Source: a virus
Taxonomy: Duplodnaviria > Caudoviricetes
Length of the DNA: 39,816 nucleotides
Direction: 5' to 3' (one strand)
IMG/VR virus record: IMGVR_UViG_3300028585_000042
Span: 1 to 39,816 of that record
The notes beneath the pieces are model-generated. The model was not told the origin of the DNA, ran no database searches, and saw only the letters and a program-made list of their open reading frames with translations. The position numbers were made by a program, and so were the translations under genes. This document shows positions 25,921 to 35,193 of the stretch, in pieces (the first letter of the stretch is position 1; each line of letters begins with the position of its first letter).

Positions 25921-26568
25921 ATGGCTGTATCCGTCCCAAACAACAGCAACTTCTCGGTTGCTACTACCTACGGCCCATCGATCTCCGTCTCGGCCGCCAG
26001 CAACGCGAGCGAAGCGGTGCTCACCACCGTCGCCAACACCTTCGCGCCGGGCGACATCGTCGAATTCACGACCGGCTGGCTGAACGCCAACCTGCGCCTG
26101 TTCCGCGTGAAGACTGCGACGGCCACCACCGCCGTACTGGAAGGCCTGAACACCACGTCGACCACGATGTTCCCGGTCGGTAACGGCGGCGGCTCGCTGC
26201 GCAAGATCCTGACCTGGACGACCATCCCGTTCATGAAGGAATTCCCGGTCACCGGCGGCGACCCGAAGTACAACACCGAAGAATTCCTGGACTTCCCAGA
26301 CGAGATTCAGATGTTCAACGGCTTCTCGGCCGCATCGATCGCGATGAGCATCGCCGATGACCCGGCGCTGCCGCACAACGCCGTGCTGCAGGCGGCCACC
26401 GACACCCAGGCTGTGACCGCGATCCGCGTGGTGCTGCCGTCGGGCGCACCGCTTTTGTACAACGGGGTGCTGGGTTTCAACCCGAGTCCAACTTTGGTCA
26501 AGGGCCAGGGCATGGTCGTTAAGTGCGGCGTCGCCCTGCGCAGCCGCGTGAACCGCTACGCCTCGTAA
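25921..26568 (+). CDS. Major tail tube protein
   Basis: ASNASEAV..GDIVEFTTGW..TGGD..ADDP motifs; precedes the chaperones. Confidence 0.88.
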   Translation: MAVSVPNNSNFSVATTYGPSISVSAASNASEAVLTTVANTFAPGDIVEFTTGWLNANLRLFRVKTATATTAVLEGLNTTSTTMFPVGNGGGSLRKILTWTTIPFMKEFPVTGGDPKYNTEEFLDFPDEIQMFNGFSAASIAMSIADDPALPHNAVLQAATDTQAVTAIRVVLPSGAPLLYNGVLGFNPSPTLVKGQGMVVKCGVALRSRVNRYAS

Positions 26569-26655
26569 CAAGTTTGCCGGCCCGCACAAGCGGGCTTTTC
26601 CAGCCGCGGGGTCGCCCCTCGCGGTTTTTTTGTTCCCCTCTGAAAGAAAAATATC

Positions 26656-26973
26656 ATGGCAAAAGCAAAACTCTCCCTGGCCGCTGAAGCAACCTTCAAG
26701 GCAACCGTCGCTATCCCAGTCCCAGGCGGCCGTACCGCCGACGTCGAATGGGAATTCGCCTGGATGCCCCGTGACGATTTCAAAGAATTCGTCGATGGCC
26801 TCAAGGGCGCCGAAGACGTCGATGCGCTGATGGACATCACCCGCGGCTGGGACCTCGACGAACCGTTCAACAAGGCCGGCGTCGAGAAGCTGACCCAGAA
26901 ATACATCGGTGCCGCCCGCGCTGTCCTGGATAAATTCATCGGCGAGGTGACGGGCGCCCGGGCAAAAAACTAA
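26656..26973 (+). CDS. Tail assembly chaperone (gpG-like)
   Basis: TFKATVAIPVPG..GWDLDEPF..ARAKN ending on a slippery site. Confidence 0.88.
   Translation: MAKAKLSLAAEATFKATVAIPVPGGRTADVEWEFAWMPRDDFKEFVDGLKGAEDVDALMDITRGWDLDEPFNKAGVEKLTQKYIGAARAVLDKFIGEVTGARAKN
26964..26970 (+). other. Programmed -1 ribosomal frameshift site (A AAA AAC)
   Basis: The -1 frame is open from the heptamer (AAA CTA AAG GAC GTT GCC ACG GCG ATG) into ORF 26991. Confidence 0.85.
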
Positions 26974-26990
26974 AGGACGTTGCCACGGCG

Positions 26991-27278
26991 ATGTACGAGT
27001 CAGGCCCCACCGACGCAGAGTTGGAGGTGGCCGGCCTGACCCGTGAAGACGTGACAACGTCGTGCGAAATCTGGCCGCAGAACTACCAGGCCTATCTGCT
27101 GTTCTGCGCGATGGATACGCAATGGCGGATCGGGATGGCCGGGCCCACCGGCCTGGACTACGCGGCGCTGCCGGTGGCGCTGCGCATGATCGACGCGCCG
27201 CGCGCCGATTGGCAGGAGCTGATGACTGACGTTCGCGTCATGGAATCGGCCGCGCTGCAGGCAATGCGCAAAGAATAA
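26991..27278 (+). CDS. Tail chaperone gpT part (DUF1799-like)
   Basis: EIWPQN..LF.AM.TQWR.G..G.TGLDY..VMESAAL. Confidence 0.85.
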   Translation: MYESGPTDAELEVAGLTREDVTTSCEIWPQNYQAYLLFCAMDTQWRIGMAGPTGLDYAALPVALRMIDAPRADWQELMTDVRVMESAALQAMRKE

Positions 27279-27323
27279 CCAGCTGGACCGCCACCTACGG
27301 GTGGCCCTTTTTATAGGCGGGAC

Positions 27324-30300
27324 ATGAGCGATACTGTCAACAACGCAACAATCATGATCACCGCCGACGCGAGCGGCGTCGAGGCTGGCTTGCGCAAGGT
27401 CGAAGACGCGACCGCCAAAACCGGCAAGAGTCTCGACAACCTCGAGGCCAGCGCGAAGAAAACGACGGCAGCCCTGGAAGGTGTCGCCAGCACGCCAAGC
27501 ATGGAGACGGCCGGCGACGGCGCCGGAGTGGCAGCAGGTCGCATGGACAAAGCGACCAAGAACATGGCCGACTCGATCCAGCGCACGCTGGCGACCATGA
27601 ATGCTGGCGCCAAAGGTTCGGCGCAGTACTACGAGGCCCTGGCGAATTCGCGCGGGCTGAACGTCAATGCCCTGCGTCCGTACTTGGAACAGCTGGATGA
27701 AATGACGAAGAAGAGCGCGCTCGCGGCTGATGCCCAGCGCAAGCTCGACGACTCGACCAAGTTCCTCGACAGCCTGCGCTCGAGCACCGAGGGTATCGGT
27801 AAGTCCGCGTCCGAGCTGGCCGCCCTGCGCGCCGAGCAACTGGGCGTGAGCGACGCTGCGGCCGACATGATCGCCAAGCTGCGCGAGCAGGAGCAGGCCG
27901 GCGAATCGTCGTTCGGCAGCCTGGCCGATCTGGCAGAGGGCGCCAAAGTCGCGTTTCTGGCTGTCGCTGCTGCCGTTGCTGCGGCTGCCGCCGCTGGCGC
28001 CGTGATGGTCGGTGATGCCCTGAACGACCTGGCTGATCTCGATGGGATGGCACAAAAGACCGGATCTTCGGTCGAGAGCCTTTCCAAGATCCAGAAGCTT
28101 GCCGTAGTGTTTGGCGAGGATATGGGTGGTGTCGACGCTGCAATTGTAAAGCTGTCGCGCGGCATGGCTGGCTTGGACGACGACAGCAACAAGGTCCAGA
28201 AAGCACTCAAGACGCTGGGCATTTCATCGCGGGATGCCGCAGGCAACTTGCGCGATCCGTCCGTTGTCCTGGTTGATGCTTCGAAAAGCCTTCAGAACTA
28301 TCGCGACGACGCCGGAAAAACGGCGCTCATCAACGATCTTCTGAGCAAGTCTGGCGCGGATATTCTGCCGTTCTTGAACGACCTGGCAGAAAACTATGAC
28401 GGGGTTGCAGGTACTTCGGGTGAGGCCGCCGCCGCAGCCGCTGCGTTCCAAGATCAAATCGGATTCCTGAAGATCGAAGTGAAGAGCCTCGCCACATCGG
28501 CCGCGGTTGCGTTGGCTCCGGCGCTGCGAGATTTGGCCGGCGCTTTCTCTGACGTATTCAAACAGCAGACCCCGATCAAGAAAGGCGAGTGGTCGTCGTG
28601 GGCTGACGATCTCGGGCTGGGCTTCGCGAAGGCATCGGACGCGGTAGCGACGTTTGCGCGATCCACCGGTGTCGCGTGGGACGTGCTGAAGGGCGTCCGG
28701 GCCGGATTCGCTGTCGTGAATGACATCGCGCTTATCAGCCCGGTGGAAGCTATTTACGAATCGTTCAAGGGGGGCGATGGACTCAAGGACGTCAAGAAGT
28801 CGTTTGCCGATTTAAGCCAGGCTATCGCAGACGGCGTGAAAAGCGTTGAGGATATCAATAGCGCTCCTTCGGATCAGTTCCAAAAGGCTTATCTTGCGCG
28901 CCTGGCCAATCGGGGAGCCCCGGCGGCTTCGCCGAATGCGGGGGATGGCGACAAACCGAAGCCAGGCCTGCCGCGAACGGTTGACGACTCGTCAGCGAAG
29001 AAGGCAGCGCAAGAAGCCGAGAAGGCAGCCAAGGAATACGCAGCACTGGTCGACCGCATCAATGGCAAGAGCGTCGGCATCGATGCTGATTTCTATAGCA
29101 ACTTGAACAAGCTGTACGACGGGTACAAGGGCGGCAAGCAGTCGCTGCAGGATTACGTCGACACGGTCGAGACATACATCGGCCAGCAGCAGTTCGTGAA
29201 GCAGGCCGAAGATGAGCGGCTGAAATCGCTGGAGAAGTACCAGAAGGCGCTCGATGGTGCCAGCACCGGCGCCGACAAGGCGACCAAGGACCTGCAGGCC
29301 CAGCGCGACGAAAACGAGCAGATTGGTCTGGCGAAGGATGCACTCGGCGAATTGAATGCGACGCGCATCGAGGGGCTGGCCTTGCGTGCCGAAGAGCGTA
29401 TCTGGGCTGCAGAGGGCCTCGACATCACCGGCGCGCTGGCTGAGGAATACCGCAAGGAAGCGGCCGCGCTGCGCGAGCGTGCGCAAGCGGTGCGCGAGGG
29501 CGCTGTAAAGCAGGTGGGATTCGACGCGGCCAAGAAAGCCGGCGAAGACCTCGACAAGTTCCTGGACCCCACGAAGGCGCAGACGTTCGGTGATGCGCTG
29601 AAGGGCGCGTTCGGCGCGGCCGGCGATTCGATGACGCAGCTGGTCACCGCGCTGGACGCTTACGGCATTCGCCAAGCCGAGGTCGACAAGGCTCGCCAAG
29701 ACGCGTCGGTGAAGTATGCAACCGATTCCAAGGGCCTGGCCGAAGCTAACGCTGCGATCAACTCGAAAGAAGTGAAGTCGCGCCTGAGCGGCTACGGCGA
29801 CATGGCCGCAGCTGCAAAGGGCTTCTTCTCCGAGGGCAGCAAGGGCTATGGCGTGCTGACCAGCGTCGAGCGCGCGTACCGCGCCACCGAGCTGGCCATG
29901 GCGCTGTCGACCATGACGAAGAAGATCTTCTTCAAGCAGACTGAGGTGGTGGCCAACACGGCGCTGAACGCGACCAAGATCACCGGCGAAGCGGCAGCCA
30001 CCGCAGCGTCGACCGGCCTGGCCGCAACCGAGGCGAGTGCCTGGGGCGTCACGGCGGTGGTCAAGGCCATGGCTTCGCTGCCGTTCCCAATGAACCTGGC
30101 CGCCGGCGCAGCCACGCTGGCGGCTGTCGTGGCCATCGGTGCGAGCATCATGGGCGGCGTGGGTGCCAGCAGCGTTCCACTGTCCCAGCAGCGGCAGGAA
30201 AAGCAGGGCGCCGGCAGCGTGCTGGGCGACAGCTCGGCGAAGTCGGAATCGATCGCCAACTCGATCGCTGCCATCGAGGGCGCTACGCTCCAGGGCCTGC

Positions 30301-32834
30301 GCATCAGCGATGGGATGCTGGCGTCGCTGCGCAACATCGAGGCGGGGATCGGGCAATTCGCATCGTTCCTGGTGCAGTCCACCGGTGTGGCAGGCGATTA
30401 CGGCAAGCAGTTCGCTTCGGCCGATGGCAACTTCCTGAGCAAGATCGGGAGCAGCATCTTCGGCGGCAAGAAAACGGTGGAAGACACGGGCTTCCTGCTG
30501 ACGAAGGCGTCGTTCGAAAGCATCCTGAACGGCGGCACCGACGCGGCGCAGTATGCGGACATCAAGAAGTCGGGCGGCCTGTTCTCGAGCGGCAGCTCGA
30601 GCAGCAAGATCGAAGGCCTGGGCGCCGAGGGCAACCGGCAGATCGCCGGCGTGCTCACGTCGCTGTATCAAACCGTCATCGATGCCAGCAGCCTGATCGG
30701 TATCGGTGGCGATGACTTCACCGCCAAGCTCAGTTCGTTCGTGGTCGACATCGGCAAGGTCAGCCTGAAGGGGCTGACCGGCGCCGAGATCCAGGAAGAG
30801 CTGTCGGCCGTCTTCTCGAAGGTGGGCGATGACCTGGCGGCGTTCGGTGTCGATGGCCTGGGCCAGTTCCAGCAAGTGGGCGAGGGTTATCTCGAGACGC
30901 TGTCCCGCGTGGCGACCAATTACCAGGCCGTCACCGTGGTCACGGATTCGCTTGGCATGGTGTTCGACTCGGTCGGGCTCAAGTCGGTCGGCGCGCGCGA
31001 GCGGCTGGTCAGCCTGGCCGGCGGGCTGGAGGAATTCACTTCCAGCGTCGACCAGTTCCTTGCCGATTTCTACACCGACAAGGAGCGGGCCGACTCGCTG
31101 CGCGCGCGTATCACGCCGACGCTCGACCAGTTCGGCATCAAGACCGGCGCCGAGGATTCGCTGAAGCAGTTCCGCGGCGTGGTCACCGGGCTGGACCTGA
31201 CGACCGAAGCCGGCGCGCGGGCGTACGCGGCGCTGATGCAGATCGCCCCGGCGTTCAAGCAGATCGCCGACGTTGACAAGGACGTGCTGGAGAAGGCAAC
31301 CGACCTGACCAACAGCAAACGTGAACTGGAAATCCAGATCATGGAAATGCTGGGCGACAAGGCTGGCGCGCTGGCGGCCACCCGCGCGCTCGAGCTCGGT
31401 GAAATGGACGCGTCCCTGCGCCCACTGCGTGAGCGTGTGTATGCACTGGAAGACGAAGCCGCTGCGCTCGGTACGGCCAACTCGCTGCTGTCGATCCAGG
31501 CTCAGATTTACGAGCTGACCGGCGACAAGGCTGGCGCTGCAGCGGTGCTGTCGCAGCAGCACATCAACGCCCTGACCGCGCTGGATCCGGCGCTGCGCGG
31601 TGCGACGCAGAACCTGTGGGACCTGCAGGCCGCCGCCAAGGCAACCGAGCAGGTTAAGACGGCTGCAGCCGCGCTGATGTCCGGCGTGGATGGCGCGTTC
31701 TCGGCGCTGCAGAAGGTGGTCGAGCGGCAGAAGAAGGCGACGCAGGAAGAGATCGACGTGCGCACCAAGGCCGTCGAGAAGACCCGGTCGCTTTCCGAGG
31801 CGCTGCGCAGCACGCTGGACGGGCTGACTGTGGCTGGCACGGAGAAGAACGACCGCGCCGCCGCCCAGGCGCAGATCCAGGCAGCACTGGCGATCGCCAA
31901 GGCCAGCGGCATCCTGCCGAAAGCTGACGACCTGAAGAACGCGTTGTCGGTGATCGGCAAGGATTCGACCGGCCTGTTCGCCAGCCAGGAAGACTACCTG
32001 CGCGACTTCTACGCGACCAAGAACGGCATCACCGACTTGGCCAAGATCACCGACAAAACACTGTCGGCGGAAGAGCGAAGCCTGAAAGCGCTGGAAGGGC
32101 AGGTCAAGCAGTACGACGACATGCTCCAGCGCGAGCAGGAACAGATCGACGTCCTGAAGGGCATCAGCACGATTGGGCTGTCGATCGAGCAGGCCATCCA
32201 GGCGCTGCACGGTGCGATGGGTGCGGCGGGTGCAAACCCGTACAACTCGGCCACCAGCCAGATCAGCGATGCCTACAAGTCCAGTCTCGGCCGTGCGCCG
32301 GATGCGGCAGGGCTGAGCTACTGGCAGGACCGGGCCGCCGGCGGAATCTCGACCGAGGCCATCATCGGCTCGATCAAGGGTTCGCCCGAGGCGCAGATCC
32401 AGGCGCTCTACAAGGACGTGTTCGGCCGCCCGGCTGACTCGGCCGGACTGAGCTACTGGATCGACCGGCTCAAGGGCGGCATCAGCCTGGGCTCGATCCG
32501 CGACACGTTCGAGGACAGCGCCGAGAAGAAGCTGCGCGGGTTTGCCGTCGGCACGAACTATGTGCCCGCCGACATGCCGGCGAAGATTCACGAAGGCGAG
32601 CGCATCATCCCCGCGGCTGACAACCGCGAGCTGATGCGCCGGCTGGCCAGCCCGGGCGAGAACAGCGCCGTGCTGGTCGCAGCCGTCGAGCGCCTGACCG
32701 AAGAGAACCGGGGCATGCGCAAGGATCTGAACGACGCGCTGTATGCGATCGCGAAGAACACGATGAACACGGCCAGCTCGCTGGACGACGCACTCAACGG
32801 CGAAAAGCCACTTGCCACGAAGGTGATTGCCTGA
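27324..32834 (+). CDS. Tape measure protein with C-terminal DUF4214-like repeats
   Basis: 1836 aa, Ala-rich helical; follows the chaperones; C-terminal FAVGTNYVP..IHEGERIIPA motif. Confidence 0.92.
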   Translation: MSDTVNNATIMITADASGVEAGLRKVEDATAKTGKSLDNLEASAKKTTAALEGVASTPSMETAGDGAGVAAGRMDKATKNMADSIQRTLATMNAGAKGSAQYYEALANSRGLNVNALRPYLEQLDEMTKKSALAADAQRKLDDSTKFLDSLRSSTEGIGKSASELAALRAEQLGVSDAAADMIAKLREQEQAGESSFGSLADLAEGAKVAFLAVAAAVAAAAAAGAVMVGDALNDLADLDGMAQKTGSSVESLSKIQKLAVVFGEDMGGVDAAIVKLSRGMAGLDDDSNKVQKALKTLGISSRDAAGNLRDPSVVLVDASKSLQNYRDDAGKTALINDLLSKSGADILPFLNDLAENYDGVAGTSGEAAAAAAAFQDQIGFLKIEVKSLATSAAVALAPALRDLAGAFSDVFKQQTPIKKGEWSSWADDLGLGFAKASDAVATFARSTGVAWDVLKGVRAGFAVVNDIALISPVEAIYESFKGGDGLKDVKKSFADLSQAIADGVKSVEDINSAPSDQFQKAYLARLANRGAPAASPNAGDGDKPKPGLPRTVDDSSAKKAAQEAEKAAKEYAALVDRINGKSVGIDADFYSNLNKLYDGYKGGKQSLQDYVDTVETYIGQQQFVKQAEDERLKSLEKYQKALDGASTGADKATKDLQAQRDENEQIGLAKDALGELNATRIEGLALRAEERIWAAEGLDITGALAEEYRKEAAALRERAQAVREGAVKQVGFDAAKKAGEDLDKFLDPTKAQTFGDALKGAFGAAGDSMTQLVTALDAYGIRQAEVDKARQDASVKYATDSKGLAEANAAINSKEVKSRLSGYGDMAAAAKGFFSEGSKGYGVLTSVERAYRATELAMALSTMTKKIFFKQTEVVANTALNATKITGEAAATAASTGLAATEASAWGVTAVVKAMASLPFPMNLAAGAATLAAVVAIGASIMGGVGASSVPLSQQRQEKQGAGSVLGDSSAKSESIANSIAAIEGATLQGLRISDGMLASLRNIEAGIGQFASFLVQSTGVAGDYGKQFASADGNFLSKIGSSIFGGKKTVEDTGFLLTKASFESILNGGTDAAQYADIKKSGGLFSSGSSSSKIEGLGAEGNRQIAGVLTSLYQTVIDASSLIGIGGDDFTAKLSSFVVDIGKVSLKGLTGAEIQEELSAVFSKVGDDLAAFGVDGLGQFQQVGEGYLETLSRVATNYQAVTVVTDSLGMVFDSVGLKSVGARERLVSLAGGLEEFTSSVDQFLADFYTDKERADSLRARITPTLDQFGIKTGAEDSLKQFRGVVTGLDLTTEAGARAYAALMQIAPAFKQIADVDKDVLEKATDLTNSKRELEIQIMEMLGDKAGALAATRALELGEMDASLRPLRERVYALEDEAAALGTANSLLSIQAQIYELTGDKAGAAAVLSQQHINALTALDPALRGATQNLWDLQAAAKATEQVKTAAAALMSGVDGAFSALQKVVERQKKATQEEIDVRTKAVEKTRSLSEALRSTLDGLTVAGTEKNDRAAAQAQIQAALAIAKASGILPKADDLKNALSVIGKDSTGLFASQEDYLRDFYATKNGITDLAKITDKTLSAEERSLKALEGQVKQYDDMLQREQEQIDVLKGISTIGLSIEQAIQALHGAMGAAGANPYNSATSQISDAYKSSLGRAPDAAGLSYWQDRAAGGISTEAIIGSIKGSPEAQIQALYKDVFGRPADSAGLSYWIDRLKGGISLGSIRDTFEDSAEKKLRGFAVGTNYVPADMPAKIHEGERIIPAADNRELMRRLASPGENSAVLVAAVERLTEENRGMRKDLNDALYAIAKNTMNTASSLDDALNGEKPLATKVIA

Positions 32835-34492
32835 TGATCATTGTTGATCCAGTAGTGCTAGGGGATGTGCCGTTCACGCGGGCATCCCCCAAGTGGGTGT
32901 ATGACCGGACCGGCACGCTTGTCCAGGTGCCGGCCAATACGGTGGGCGTCACATACGATCCCGCCGACCTGAGCAAAGCGCCGTGGGCGCTGCTTGAGCC
33001 GGCGGCGATCAACCGCATCCGCAACAACACGATGCAGGGCGCGGTCGTTGGTACGCTGGGCTCTGGTGGTGCTATTCCTACTTTTTGGCAAACAGATTTC
33101 GGCGCCAATCAAAAGATGGAAATCCTCGATATTCAGCCTGATGGAACCGGCTTCGCCTACATGGATGTCCGTCTTTATAGTGCGGCCAGCGACCGAGGAT
33201 ATCTTGCAATTTACCCTGAGCCAACTCATAGCAGCAGCAGCCTGAACTCAGCAGTAGTTGCAGAAGGTCAGGCATGGTATTTTTCGCAATATATAAAGCA
33301 CATTAACGGCGTCCTACCGGGCAATGTGCAAATGACTGTGCGAGCGGTTAATGGGGCAGGCGCAGGTATTTCGGACAGTGCAAGCGGTCCGTTGAATATC
33401 GCAGGAGTTAATGCCCCTATCCGAATGACTCGGCAATCTATTTCAATGCCATCGACTCCTGCTGGAACCGCACGACTTGACTGCTTCCTGATTATTTTTA
33501 TTACGCCAGGACAGCCGTACGATTTCACTCTCCGTATCGGGCTTCCACAAATTCAGCGTGACCGCATCGACAGCCCGATCAAAACGAGCGGGAGCGCTGT
33601 CACCCGCGCTGCTGACGTGGTGGGCGCCGGCGCTGGCCTGGTGTATTCGAATGTGCCGATGGTCGAGCCGCCTTACAACGTGGCCACGACCTACGCGAAA
33701 GACGCGGCGGTGTACGACCCGACGACGAAGATCGTCTACTGGTCGATGGTCGCAGGGAATGTCGGCAAGGCCCTGAGTGACCCGGCGTTCTGGAACAAGC
33801 GTACTGCGATCAACCGCTGGGCGATGTTCGACGACCGCAACAGCACGCAGACCAGCAACCCGGAAGAGATCGTGTCCGTGTTCTCAGCGCAGGCAATCAC
33901 GCAGGGCCTGTTCGCCGGCGCCATGGATGCGAGCGAAGTTCGGGTTTCGATGACGCACCCGACGCGCGGCCTGGTATTCAGCGAGACGAAAAGCCTGGTG
34001 CTTCCGCGCTCGGGCAGCAGCTTCTTCGGCTGGTGCTTTAACCGGTTGCGACTGCGCACCTGGTTCCTGACGCTGAAGCTGCCGGTATTCGCGAATGCCC
34101 TGGTCACCGTCACGATCAAGAAACCCGGCGGCGTGCCCAAGTGCGGCATGTGCCTACTGGGTCCGACGGTCGATGTCGGCCTGTCGCTGATGGGGCTGTC
34201 GACCGAGCTGAAAGATTACTCGACCACCACGTTCTTCACGGACGGGTCGAGCTCGACGGTCGAGCGCGGCTTCTCGAAAAAGATGAGTGTCGATATCTCG
34301 GTCGAAAGCGACCGCGTCGAGACGATCGAAGATGACCTGATCAAGCGCCGGCAGAAGACGCTGGTGTTTCTGGGCTCGACCATGCGTGGCGACACGATGC
34401 TGGTCGGCCGGTTCAGTAGCCTGCGCAAGGTGATCGACTCGTTCCCGCGCTCGAAGATGGCCTTACAAATTGATGGAGTATTGTCCCAATGA
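32834..34492 (+). CDS. Tail-tip protein with inserted spike/fibre-type domain
   Basis: TGATG coupled to TMP; FTRAS..LLEP..N and SAVTRAAD motifs bracket a lower-GC insert; conserved-looking C-terminus NRWAMFD..DYS..VERGFSK. Confidence 0.7.
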   Translation: MIIVDPVVLGDVPFTRASPKWVYDRTGTLVQVPANTVGVTYDPADLSKAPWALLEPAAINRIRNNTMQGAVVGTLGSGGAIPTFWQTDFGANQKMEILDIQPDGTGFAYMDVRLYSAASDRGYLAIYPEPTHSSSSLNSAVVAEGQAWYFSQYIKHINGVLPGNVQMTVRAVNGAGAGISDSASGPLNIAGVNAPIRMTRQSISMPSTPAGTARLDCFLIIFITPGQPYDFTLRIGLPQIQRDRIDSPIKTSGSAVTRAADVVGAGAGLVYSNVPMVEPPYNVATTYAKDAAVYDPTTKIVYWSMVAGNVGKALSDPAFWNKRTAINRWAMFDDRNSTQTSNPEEIVSVFSAQAITQGLFAGAMDASEVRVSMTHPTRGLVFSETKSLVLPRSGSSFFGWCFNRLRLRTWFLTLKLPVFANALVTVTIKKPGGVPKCGMCLLGPTVDVGLSLMGLSTELKDYSTTTFFTDGSSSTVERGFSKKMSVDISVESDRVETIEDDLIKRRQKTLVFLGSTMRGDTMLVGRFSSLRKVIDSFPRSKMALQIDGVLSQ

Positions 34493-35187
34493 CCCAGATC
34501 ACAGCACTAAGCGACCCCGCGCAAATGCCGAACCAGCTGGATGACCAGGCCACGTTCGATGCAAAGATGGCCGGCTTCATCGATAACATGCCGGAGCGCG
34601 CGCGGCAGGAGAACGCGCTGGCTGGCGAACTGAACGACCTCGCTGGCGGCGTCACCACCAATGCGGCCGCAGCCGCAGCCGCCGCGCAGAGTGCTGAGGC
34701 GGCCAAGCTTGCGGCGATCGCGGGTGCCAGCGCTCCGGCGTGGGTCAGCGGCACGACCTACGCGAAGAACGTTCAGGTGATCAGCCAGGTGAACTTCCAG
34801 CCGTACCGCCGCCAGGTGGCCGGCGCCGGCACGGTCGACCCAGCGAACGACACTGCAGGCCAGTGGATGCCGCTGTTTGGTACCGGATCATTCACGCCGC
34901 GCGCTGCTGCGTCCGCGACATTCGACCTGTCCACCACCAACTTCTTCACGCGCGCGATGTCAGCGAGCGAGACGTGGGTGTTCGCGAACTGTCCGACCAA
35001 CGGCTTCAGCTTCGGTATCGAACTGACCTACACGGGCGGCACGCTGACGCTGCCGAGCACGGTCAAGACCGTCAACAACGTGGTCTATTCGTTCGTGGCT
35101 GGCAAGACCTACCTGCTGCTTTTCGTCACGACGAACAAGGGCGCCACTCGCTGGCGCATGGTGGCCACCGAGCCCTACGACAACTAG
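34489..35187 (+). CDS. Tail fibre/receptor-binding structural protein
   Basis: N-terminal ITAL..P..ATFD anchor, Ala coil, WVSGTTYA carbohydrate-binding-like motif, beta-rich C-terminus. Confidence 0.7.
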   Translation: MTQITALSDPAQMPNQLDDQATFDAKMAGFIDNMPERARQENALAGELNDLAGGVTTNAAAAAAAAQSAEAAKLAAIAGASAPAWVSGTTYAKNVQVISQVNFQPYRRQVAGAGTVDPANDTAGQWMPLFGTGSFTPRAAASATFDLSTTNFFTRAMSASETWVFANCPTNGFSFGIELTYTGGTLTLPSTVKTVNNVVYSFVAGKTYLLLFVTTNKGATRWRMVATEPYDN

Positions 35188-35193
35188 GCCAAT

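Noticed and set aside
28992-32591. 1199-aa minus-strand ORF (also 19380-20831, 23028-24344, 25768-27057, 15407-16447)
   Set aside because: Antisense shadow frames of high-GC structural genes; no motifs.
4527-32648. TMP-motif duplication read as a DGR template/variable repeat, antisense RNA or inversion site
   Set aside because: No reverse transcriptase or invertase is present, mismatches are not adenine-specific and fall mostly at third codon positions, and both mRNAs carry the same sense sequence.
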